This document shows positions 8,836-16,199 of a stretch of 53,342 nt of DNA, in pieces. The notes beneath the pieces were generated by a model that did not search any database, was not told the origin of the DNA, and saw only the letters and a list, made by a program, of their open reading frames with translations. This stretch comes from Candidatus Parcubacteria bacterium (GTDB lineage Bacteria; Patescibacteriota; Minisyncoccia; Phycocordibacterales; UBA5272): contig JBDKJD010000005.1 of NCBI GenBank assembly GCA_039796775.1, positions 1 to 53,342 on the forward strand, written 5' to 3'. A program made the position numbers and the translations under genes. Numbering within the stretch: position 1 is the stretch's first letter; each line of letters starts with the position of its first letter.

Positions 8836-9726
8836 ATGCAAACATTACAGAAACAGAGTGAATTTTATTTTGACCTTATCAAGCAATACAAGAATGAAGG
8901 AAAAGCGATAGCGCATTTTAATATTTCTAATCTCGATCAAGCAAGAGCTATCGTGGAAGTGGCAGAAGAGTTGGGTGAACCAGTTATTATCGGAGTGAGT
9001 GAGGGTGAGCGCGACTATATGGGAGTAGAGATGGTGCGTGCGATAGTTGATCAACTTAATCAAGAATATTCAATACCAATATTTTTAAACGCAGATCATA
9101 CGTATTCAATAGAAAAAGTAACACAAGTTATAGAAGCTGGGTATGATAGCGTGATTGTCGACGGGGCTAAGCTTCCTTATGAAGAGAATATTGCACTTGT
9201 TAAATCATGTGTTGATATTGTGCGCGCATATGAGGAGAGAACAGGGAAGAGAGTGCTTGTCGAGGCTGAGCTCGGATATATCGGGCAATCGTCATCTCTT
9301 AATACAGCTCTTCCAGAAGGAGTAACTGAAGAGAATCTCACGACTCCTGACCAGGCTCGTGATTTCGTCTCTCGTACTGGCGTTAACCTCTTTGCTCCAG
9401 CGATTGGTAATGTGCATGGGATGCTCATTGACGCTGAAGAGCCTAAGCTTCGTATTGATAGACTTAAAGAGATAACTGCAGTTCTTGAAACTCCGCTTGT
9501 GCTTCATGGAGCATCTGGGAATACCGATGAAGATCTTAAGGGTTCTATAGATAATGGTGTGGCGATTATTCATATCAATACTGAGATACGAAAAGCATTT
9601 CGTGATGGTGAGATGAATTATTTGAGCGAACATCCAAATGAAGTTGCTCCGTATAAGTTCGGCCGTGCAGGGCAAGATGAAATGAAGAAAGTAGTAAGAG
9701 CGAAGATGGAGCTCTATAGGAAGTAG
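8836..9726 (+). CDS. fba: Class II fructose-bisphosphate aldolase
   Basis: The start is taken at the internal ATG (MQTLQKQ...), because the track extension overlaps the divergent kinase. Motifs are NADH (LNADHT), HGASG and IHINTE. Confidence 0.85.
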   Translation: MQTLQKQSEFYFDLIKQYKNEGKAIAHFNISNLDQARAIVEVAEELGEPVIIGVSEGERDYMGVEMVRAIVDQLNQEYSIPIFLNADHTYSIEKVTQVIEAGYDSVIVDGAKLPYEENIALVKSCVDIVRAYEERTGKRVLVEAELGYIGQSSSLNTALPEGVTEENLTTPDQARDFVSRTGVNLFAPAIGNVHGMLIDAEEPKLRIDRLKEITAVLETPLVLHGASGNTDEDLKGSIDNGVAIIHINTEIRKAFRDGEMNYLSEHPNEVAPYKFGRAGQDEMKKVVRAKMELYRK

Positions 9727-9732
9727 AGATTC

Positions 9733-10161
9733 ATGTTTCGTTTAGAAAAAAAGAATCCTATAGAAAATAGCGATTATAGACCAAGATTCCATTCGCTTAA
9801 TCTTAAAAATGAAGACGGCGAAACAGTTGCCTGGAGTCATCTTCATTACAGAAACGATATTGTGCCTAGCTACTATGTAGAGCTCGTGGAAGTTTCCTAT
9901 CCTTTACAAAATAAAGGTTTAGGTCAAAGATTGGTTGATGAACTCAATATTTTTCTTGAGAGTAAAAAAAGTGTAGGAATTTTGCGCTCCCTCGAACTAA
10001 CTGGAAAAGGGGAACATATTTATAAAAAGAAGGGGTGGGAGAGTTTTAGAGATACTGACTTTATGTTTTTTAATGTCCCTTCATATATAGAAGAGAGTGA
10101 TAAATTAAAAATAATTAAAGCAATCAAAGACAGTCTTTCACGTTCCAAAGATTTAGACTAG
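9733..10161 (+). CDS. Putative GNAT-like acetyltransferase
   Basis: QNKGLGQRLVDEL resembles the acetyl-CoA-binding Q/RxxGxG/A motif. The rest of the protein is uninformative. Confidence 0.4.
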   Translation: MFRLEKKNPIENSDYRPRFHSLNLKNEDGETVAWSHLHYRNDIVPSYYVELVEVSYPLQNKGLGQRLVDELNIFLESKKSVGILRSLELTGKGEHIYKKKGWESFRDTDFMFFNVPSYIEESDKLKIIKAIKDSLSRSKDLD

Positions 10162-10635
10162 TTTTGAGATGTATACTCCAACGACATAGGCGAGAGTTGC
10201 GCATATGCTCCCAATAGCGACTGATTGGAGTGGGAGCAATATTCGATTGCGATTAAGTATGCGCGCACGTAGATAGCCGATTATTGCGAACGTTATGAGT
10301 GTGAAAAGTGCAGAGAGGAAGAACTGTTTTTCTTTTGCTGCGAAGATAACAGGGAGAATAGGGATAAAACCAATAACCACAAAAGAGAAGAAGGTGACAA
10401 GAGAGTTTTTGAGTACTGTTGCTTTAGTTTCTCCTTTTCTTGAGTCTTCTGCCATATAATCAGCTGATGCCATGGAGAAGCCGTCAGATACTAGATTAGC
10501 AATGCCGAGTATTAAAACTATTCGTGTATCGATTCCTGCTCCTACTGCACCTGCCATGACTGCAAAAGTGGTCACAGTTCCATCTGAGCCGCCGTACACA
10601 AAACTAGGTAAATATTTTTGTATAGATTCTTTCAT
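10153..10635 (-). CDS. VIT1/CCC1-family (DUF125) iron/manganese transporter-like membrane protein
   Basis: N-terminal GGSDGTVTTFAVMAGAVGAG, with multiple TM helices. Confidence 0.7.
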   Translation of the reverse strand: MKESIQKYLPSFVYGGSDGTVTTFAVMAGAVGAGIDTRIVLILGIANLVSDGFSMASADYMAEDSRKGETKATVLKNSLVTFFSFVVIGFIPILPVIFAAKEKQFFLSALFTLITFAIIGYLRARILNRNRILLPLQSVAIGSICATLAYVVGVYISKLV

Positions 10636-10684
10636 AAGGTGTAGTATATACTAAAGTATCTAAAGTATTTGCATTTACGTATTT

Positions 10685-10719
10685 ATAACTATTAACCAGT
10701 AACTATTAACTAGTAACTA
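10685..10719 (+). repeat. Five heptamers (ataacta ttaacca gtaacta ttaacta gtaacta) ending 2 nt before the malic enzyme ATG
   Basis: Direct reading shows TAA in every unit and no SD. Confidence 0.75.
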
Positions 10720-10721
10720 AT

Positions 10722-11870
10722 ATGTCACACGATTACAACCAAGAAGCATTAGCTTTACACAAGACACATCACGGTAAAATTGAATTACACACCAAAGTTC
10801 CTATGGAGAATCGCGACGATCTTTCTCGAGCATATAGCCCAGGAGTAGCAGAAGTGTGTAAAGAAATTGCTAAAGATGTTAATAACGCTCGTGAGTATAC
10901 ACTTAAGCGTAATACTGTTGCGATAGTGTCCGATGGTTCAGCGATACTTGGACTCGGTAATTTAGGTGCCCATGCTGCTATTCCTGTGATGGAAGGGAAG
11001 GCTGCGATACTTAAGTCATTTGCAGATGTTGATGCATTTCCGATATGTTTAGATACTCAAGACATAGAAGAAATTATAAAAGCAGTGAAGCAGATTGCTC
11101 CTGTGTTCGGAGCGGTGAACCTAGAAGATATTGCAGCACCAAAGTGTTTTGAAATAGAAGAGAGACTGCGTCGCGAACTCCCTATTCCTGTAATGCATGA
11201 TGATCAGTGGGGGACAGCAACTGTTGTTCTCGGAGGACTTATTAACGCACTCAAAGTGACAAGTCGAGAAGGAAGAGAGGATATCAAGATTGTAGTGAAC
11301 GGTGTCGGTTCAGCAGGCGTTGCTGTTTCTAGACTTCTTCTTGCTTCAGGGTATACCAACATTCTTTTCTGTGACACAAAAGGAATTATTTTTGAAGGGC
11401 GAGGGGATGAGATGAATAAAGAAAAGAAAGAGCTTGTATCAAAAAGCATCGCTCAAGGATTCAGTGGAACCCTTGCTGATGCTGTTAAAGAAGCAGACGT
11501 GTTCATTGGTGTTTCTAAAGCAGGCGCACTTACCAAAGAAATGGCAGAGAGTATGAATGAAGATGCTATCGTGTTCGCACTCGCCAACCCAGTCCCTGAG
11601 ATTATGCCTGACGTTGCTAAAGAAGCAGGTGTGGCAGTTATTGCGACTGGACGTAGTGATTATCCTAATCAGCTCAATAACTCACTCATCTTCCCAGGGT
11701 TATTTAAAGGTATGCTTGATAATAATATCAAGCAATTCGAAACAGAGATGTTCGTACGCGCCGCGCATGCACTTGCCTCTCATGTAAAAGACCTTTCTCC
11801 AGAGAATATTTTACCTACAATGTTTGACAAGGAGCTTGTCGATGTCATTGCGTCATCGGTTACACAATAA
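10722..11870 (+). CDS. NAD(P)-dependent malic enzyme (short form)
   Basis: Motifs YSPGVAEVC, VSDGSAILGLGN, NLEDI and GVGSAGVA. Confidence 0.9.
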   Translation: MSHDYNQEALALHKTHHGKIELHTKVPMENRDDLSRAYSPGVAEVCKEIAKDVNNAREYTLKRNTVAIVSDGSAILGLGNLGAHAAIPVMEGKAAILKSFADVDAFPICLDTQDIEEIIKAVKQIAPVFGAVNLEDIAAPKCFEIEERLRRELPIPVMHDDQWGTATVVLGGLINALKVTSREGREDIKIVVNGVGSAGVAVSRLLLASGYTNILFCDTKGIIFEGRGDEMNKEKKELVSKSIAQGFSGTLADAVKEADVFIGVSKAGALTKEMAESMNEDAIVFALANPVPEIMPDVAKEAGVAVIATGRSDYPNQLNNSLIFPGLFKGMLDNNIKQFETEMFVRAAHALASHVKDLSPENILPTMFDKELVDVIASSVTQ

Positions 11871-11885
11871 AAAAATCGCACGCAC

Positions 11886-12655
11886 TTATCTTTCGACGTA
11901 TGCATGCGACCACAAAGAGGCAAACTCTTTTTTGTAACGTTCCTCTTGCAACCTGACATTTTTCTGAAGGGTTAGATGTAGCTGCTCCACCAGACGCATC
12001 CAGTTCTTGTACATAGGGAGGCTGCCATCTTGCCCAAGCTTTTCTATGAGCTCAAGAGCTCGCTTCTCAAGCCTGGGATAGAACTCTTTCACTTCAAGGA
12101 TTTTCTCCAGCTGCTTTTTCTTTGGCATCGCCGATAGGGTGAGGATGTTATCGTTTGCGTCAAAGGGTTTAGCTCGAGGACTTCCCAGACATCGACAGAC
12201 AAGACTCTTTTTAAGTAGGCTCGTCTCTCTTCTTTCGGAGAAGCTTTCTTCGTCAGACACATAACCATGTATTCCACGTCTTCATCTTGAAGGATGAGGT
12301 GTATGGTTGTTTTTGCAAGAAGGCGGGTTGATCCAGCTTTCGTTGCATCTTCGACAGTGCCATGAAGAAGAATTGCTGCAAGCATTTTGATAGAAAGTAC
12401 CTGATGGCGACTCATAAGGAATGCCGCACAGATGAACTGTCTGAATACATGCAAGAAGTAGATCTCGCCACTTGCCCTCCTTGGAGTAAGGTTGTGCCCG
12501 TCAAAAGAGATGTTAAAGGCAAGAAGGAGGAAGAGTCTCTCGGCCTCTCGCAACCTAAGATGAGAGAACACTTTACAGATGACTTCCTGCAAAGCTTCTT
12601 TGGTAGGCTCAGTAGGGTCTAGGCCCTGCATGAGCCGGAGTATTGCTCGGCTCAT
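11886..12655 (-). pseudogene. Frameshifted, degenerate RelA/SpoT-type HD-domain (ppGpp-hydrolase-like) gene
   Basis: Two overlapping frames, 12089..12655 and 11886..12260, together give the HD_4 pattern. The elements are GH..RRASGEIYFLH, LLHGTVEDA (HD changed to HG), CLTKK, then AKPFDANDNILTL in the other frame. The 770-nt span is not a multiple of 3. The region is GC-rich. Confidence 0.5.
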
Positions 12656-12860
12656 GTGAAGTCCTTTCTGTCTACTGGGTTGAAAGGGGAATAACGATGA
12701 ACAAGTTGGTTTCACGCTACAATACTTATGAGTATGAGTCAAATTATTATTGTATCTACCATTTGTTGTTTAGTTGATTTTGTTGTAGTATTTTCTTACG
12801 ACAGTAATCCTGCCGTCTAGTTGTTCGTTGCTATCTTTTCTTTTACCTAGGAGAACTTCC

Positions 12861-13967
12861 ATGCAAGCTTCGTCTTTTGCTGATATCATCAGCGCCGTTG
12901 AGCTCGTTGAGAAGCGGGTGCAAAATCGCCAGCTCACGAACAGAGAAATAAGTGCGGCCGGCGATGATGCCAAGGTCCACATCCTTGGCCTTCCCGTTGT
13001 TTCGGCCAAAGGTCAGGCTGCGGCTGCCGACAGAATGATTCAGCATGTCATCTTTGAGTCCCAGAGATATGCGTCTGCTGCAGAGGTGCTCAAGGCCGAG
13101 CTCGCACAAGCGTCTGTGGGGCCGATCGTCATTCTCCCGCCTGGACTCTGGTCGGCGATAGCCAAGAAGTCCAATCTCTACACCTTCTTCCCTCGCGAGG
13201 ATGGAAGTGTTTTGGTTTCGGTGAACTTCACACGTCTCCCGAAGGATGTTGTTACGGCGGCGAAGAATGCTAAGAGTCTTTGGTTGAGCGGCATTGCAGG
13301 CTCGATGTATTTTCTTACCAGTACTGCACTCTTTCTTTTTACAGCAAGCAATCTCGGCATTTTTTCCGGGTACGTTTCCTCGTCTTTTGTCGGCTCCCTC
13401 ATCGGTTCAGGGATTCTTGGTGTAATTTCCACGTTTGTCATTAGGGGAGTTTTTGAGCACTGGCTTCGCAATCATGCTCGACTGATTCGAAAGGAGGTCA
13501 AAAAAGCCGGGGGAATACATCGATTCCTTTGGCCGGAGAACACCGACTGGTATGAGCGTTTCAACTCTTGGAAAAGGCATTCGAGCATTAAGGATGAGTT
13601 TTCTAGCATTAAGGTTGGGTTTCCTACTCCTCCACAAGAGGTACAGGAAATCCTTTCTAGAATGTACGAAGCCAGGCTGACGGACCGGATGCGACTGACT
13701 GTCGATACGGGGGCGATTACTTTTGTGACCGACCCCATGAAGATGATGATTGCAAGCGCGAAGGGCATTGCCCTTGAGATGATTGCAAGCACGAAGGGCA
13801 TTGCCCTTGAAATGAAAGAGCAAAAACGCCGCTACGCAGCTGACCCGATCGTCACGGTGGCGAGCACTGATGGTCATGCGGTCGCCATCATCGCTCAGTA
13901 CGGGGACTTCCCCGTCGAAGAAGAAGCTGTCAAAAAAGCTGTTGCCGAGTACTCATTCTTGGACTGA
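12861..13967 (+). CDS. Hypothetical membrane protein (two central TM helices), GC-rich
   Basis: The start is taken at the ATG preceded by AGGAG (12850-12854). The hydrophobic segment is LWLSGIAGSMYFLTSTALFLFTAS...GILGVISTFVI. There are no recognisable motifs. Confidence 0.6.
   Translation: MQASSFADIISAVELVEKRVQNRQLTNREISAAGDDAKVHILGLPVVSAKGQAAAADRMIQHVIFESQRYASAAEVLKAELAQASVGPIVILPPGLWSAIAKKSNLYTFFPREDGSVLVSVNFTRLPKDVVTAAKNAKSLWLSGIAGSMYFLTSTALFLFTASNLGIFSGYVSSSFVGSLIGSGILGVISTFVIRGVFEHWLRNHARLIRKEVKKAGGIHRFLWPENTDWYERFNSWKRHSSIKDEFSSIKVGFPTPPQEVQEILSRMYEARLTDRMRLTVDTGAITFVTDPMKMMIASAKGIALEMIASTKGIALEMKEQKRRYAADPIVTVASTDGHAVAIIAQYGDFPVEEEAVKKAVAEYSFLD
13746..13811 (+). repeat. In-frame 33-bp tandem duplication (MIAS[A/T]KGIALE x2)
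   Basis: Units 13746-13778 and 13779-13811 differ at 2 positions. Confidence 0.9.
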
Positions 13968-13987
13968 GCTTGTGTTTCGTTTTCCCA

Positions 13988-14014
13988 AGAGGCGCCCAAC
14001 GGGCGCCTCTTTTT
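13988..14014 (+). terminator. Rho-independent terminator
   Basis: agaggcgccc aac gggcgcctct forms 10 bp and is followed by TTTT. Confidence 0.85.
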
Positions 14015-14069
14015 GTTTGTAAGTTTTTATACTATAAGGTTGCCAGAAATATGGTAGAGTGTAAAGACT

Positions 14070-15374
14070 ATGTCATTTTCTTTTGAGATTCTAAAAAGAG
14101 GGGACGGGGGAGATGGGGGTACAATGCGCGCGCCTTTGGCGCGCGCCGGTATCATCCATACCCCACACGGTGATATCAAGACCCCCGCCTTTATTCCAGT
14201 TGGGACAAAAGCAACAGTAAAAGCACTCACCGGAGAGCAGGTGCGTGATTATGTGGGAGCTGACGCAGTGCTTGCTAATACGTATCATCTTTATCTCCAG
14301 CCGGGGGATGAACTTGTGGCACGTCATGGCGGCTTTGCTCGTATGATGGGATGGTTACATGGAGAGACAGCAGACAATAGACAAGAGACAACAGATGAAT
14401 CAAAAATACTAAGTATGCCTATGCCTACTTTCACTGACTCAGGGGGATTTCAAGTATTCTCTCTTGGACAAGCATTAGGGCATGGGGTTGGGAAGATTGC
14501 AACAAGCGAAGAAATAAGCAAAAGAGAATCAGAAGAGATTAAGAATGAAGGTGCTCATGAGAAGCTTGCAAAGATTGACGATGACGGAGTCACGTTTAAG
14601 TCTGTGATAGATGGAAGTGAACATAGATTTACTCCTGAACGAAGTATGGAGATACAACATAACTTAGGCGCTGATATCTTTTTTGCATTTGATGAATGCA
14701 CGTCTCCTTTAGCCCCAATTGAATATCAGAAGAGGGCATTAGAGAGAACTCATGCGTGGGCAGCGCGCAGTCTCAATCATCACAAGAAGTTAGGAGTATC
14801 AAAAGCAACAGGTGAGATGCAAGCACTCTTTGGTGTTGTGCAAGGAGGTTCTTATGAAGAACTTCGTCGTGAGTCAGCACGCACGCTTGGTGCTATGGAT
14901 TTTGACGGATACGGAATCGGAGGAAGTTTCACTAAAGAAGATATGGGAACAGCTGTGAGATGGGTGTGCGAAGAATTGCCTGAGAATAAACCAAGGCACT
15001 TGCTCGGAATTGGTGAGCCAATAGATATATTACTCGGTATAGAAAATGGAATAGACACATTTGATTGTGTGTCACCCACACGACAGGGGCGAAACGGGGC
15101 GCTCTATACCTATGACGGGCGCATCAATATAACGAATGCGAAGTATAGAGAAGACATGAGTCCTATTTCAGATAATCAAGACTGGTATACGCATCAGTTT
15201 ACAAAGAGTTATCTGCATCATTTATTTAAAGCAGATGAGATGCTCGCAGGTACTCTCGCGTCAATTCATAATCTCAAATTTTTGGTGACATTATGTGAAA
15301 ATGCTCGACAGGCATTATTAGAAAATAGATTTGAAGAATTTAAGGAATCTTTTGTTGAGAGATATTACAAATAA
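14070..15374 (+). CDS. tgt: tRNA-guanine transglycosylase (queuine tRNA-ribosyltransferase)
   Basis: Motifs TPAFIPVGT, FTDSGGFQV, FAFDECT, GIGGS and LLGIGEP. Two insertions are present relative to the canonical layout. Confidence 0.9.
   Translation: MSFSFEILKRGDGGDGGTMRAPLARAGIIHTPHGDIKTPAFIPVGTKATVKALTGEQVRDYVGADAVLANTYHLYLQPGDELVARHGGFARMMGWLHGETADNRQETTDESKILSMPMPTFTDSGGFQVFSLGQALGHGVGKIATSEEISKRESEEIKNEGAHEKLAKIDDDGVTFKSVIDGSEHRFTPERSMEIQHNLGADIFFAFDECTSPLAPIEYQKRALERTHAWAARSLNHHKKLGVSKATGEMQALFGVVQGGSYEELRRESARTLGAMDFDGYGIGGSFTKEDMGTAVRWVCEELPENKPRHLLGIGEPIDILLGIENGIDTFDCVSPTRQGRNGALYTYDGRINITNAKYREDMSPISDNQDWYTHQFTKSYLHHLFKADEMLAGTLASIHNLKFLVTLCENARQALLENRFEEFKESFVERYYK
14365..14399 (+). 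repeat. Heptamer tract (agacagc agacaat agacaag agacaac agatgaa) inside the tgt coding sequence
   Basis: It belongs to the same ATAGACA family as 3949-3996. It encodes ...TADNRQETTDE... within an insertion just before the TDSGGFQ motif. Confidence 0.7.
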
Positions 15375-15414
15375 TGCAGGGCGAGGGCGGTGTTGTGTAG
15401 TAATAGTCAAACAA

Positions 15415-15444
15415 AAGTCGCCGTAATGATTACATTACGGCGAC
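15415..15444. terminator. Bidirectional hairpin between tgt (+) and a membrane protein gene (-)
   Basis: agtcgccgtaatg atta cattacggcgact forms 13 bp. An A-run lies before it and a T-rich sequence after it. Confidence 0.75.
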
Positions 15445-15464
15445 TGAATTTTGGTCGCTACCCA

Positions 15465-16016
15465 TCAGGGTGTATGCTCGCTTGCCCGTTTTATGATGGC
15501 AAGGAGTATGAGTAGACTGAGGCCAACTATGCTTAGTAGGGTCATCATTATCACTTTCATCCACTCAGGTGAGAGTGTGATCACAACAATCGTAGCAATC
15601 CCGAAACAAAACGTTTGTAGATTAGACGGACAGAATCGCCCAACCTTGAAGAAGGCAACAAGGAATATTATCACGATCAGAGATGCAACCAGAAACGCCG
15701 TTAGTTTCGGGAAGTAAATGAAAGCGAGAACGAGAAGGCAGACAGCAAGGATAGCGATTAAACAAGCAACAAGCAGCCCTTTCATGCTTGCTTCGAATGT
15801 TTCCCCGAAATTGTTGAATATGTCATCGAGCCATGTTGTGATTCGACTGAAGACACTTTTTCGATAAGGATCTTCGTGGATACATGCTTTTCCGAGGCAT
15901 AGTGTGCCAAGGACTACAGGAATTGCAAGTTTGTACACACTCATATTGAGCATGAAAAAGCACGCAGTAGCTATTGTGCATAGTACACAGAGAAACACCC
16001 AGAATAATTTTTTCAT
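15465..16016 (-). CDS. Hypothetical polytopic membrane protein
   Basis: 183 aa with several hydrophobic helices and no motif. Confidence 0.55.
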   Translation of the reverse strand: MKKLFWVFLCVLCTIATACFFMLNMSVYKLAIPVVLGTLCLGKACIHEDPYRKSVFSRITTWLDDIFNNFGETFEASMKGLLVACLIAILAVCLLVLAFIYFPKLTAFLVASLIVIIFLVAFFKVGRFCPSNLQTFCFGIATIVVITLSPEWMKVIMMTLLSIVGLSLLILLAIIKRASEHTP

Positions 16017-16054
16017 ACCAAGGTTGACCTTTCAGATGAATGGTCCCAGCTCCG

Positions 16055-16123
16055 TCAGATATTGACGAGTGCTAGGACAAGGAGTACAACAATACACAGT
16101 ACCCAATTTGGAATCTTGCTCAT
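16055..16123 (-). CDS. Possible 22-aa hydrophobic micropeptide
   Basis: My own translation is MSKIPNWVLCIVVLLVLALVNI*. GAAAGGAG lies 8 nt upstream of the ATG. The ORF ends 38 nt upstream of the start of CDS 15465..16016. Confidence 0.25.
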   Translation of the reverse strand: MSKIPNWVLCIVVLLVLALVNI

Positions 16124-16199
16124 GAATCTATCTCCTTTCAGAGTGTTTTTGAAGAAAAAAGAACAATCAATAATGTCATGCTATAATTACATATCACTT

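Noticed and set aside
10636-10721. A metal riboswitch (yybP-ykoY type) upstream of the VIT1-like transporter
   Set aside because: The leader is only ~85 nt, extremely AT-rich, and half of it is the heptamer tract belonging to the divergent malic enzyme gene. No conserved riboswitch core is visible.
13178-13877. Minus-strand ORFs 13178..13471, 13407..13877 and 13472..13801
   Set aside because: They are antisense to the better-supported CDS 12861..13967 (SD plus terminator), they overlap each other, and they lie in a GC-rich region where long spurious ORFs are expected.
16062-16199. Upstream extensions of track ORFs for uvrB (16062), fba (8728), mnmA (19229), the SIMPL protein (26487), the 197-aa protein (21032) and trmD (48147)
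   Set aside because: The extensions overlap neighbouring genes or promoters and add non-homologous residues. Internal ATGs restore the canonical N-termini (for example MSRKSEGEF..GDQPKAI for UvrB and MKKRVFVGMSGGVDSS for MnmA).
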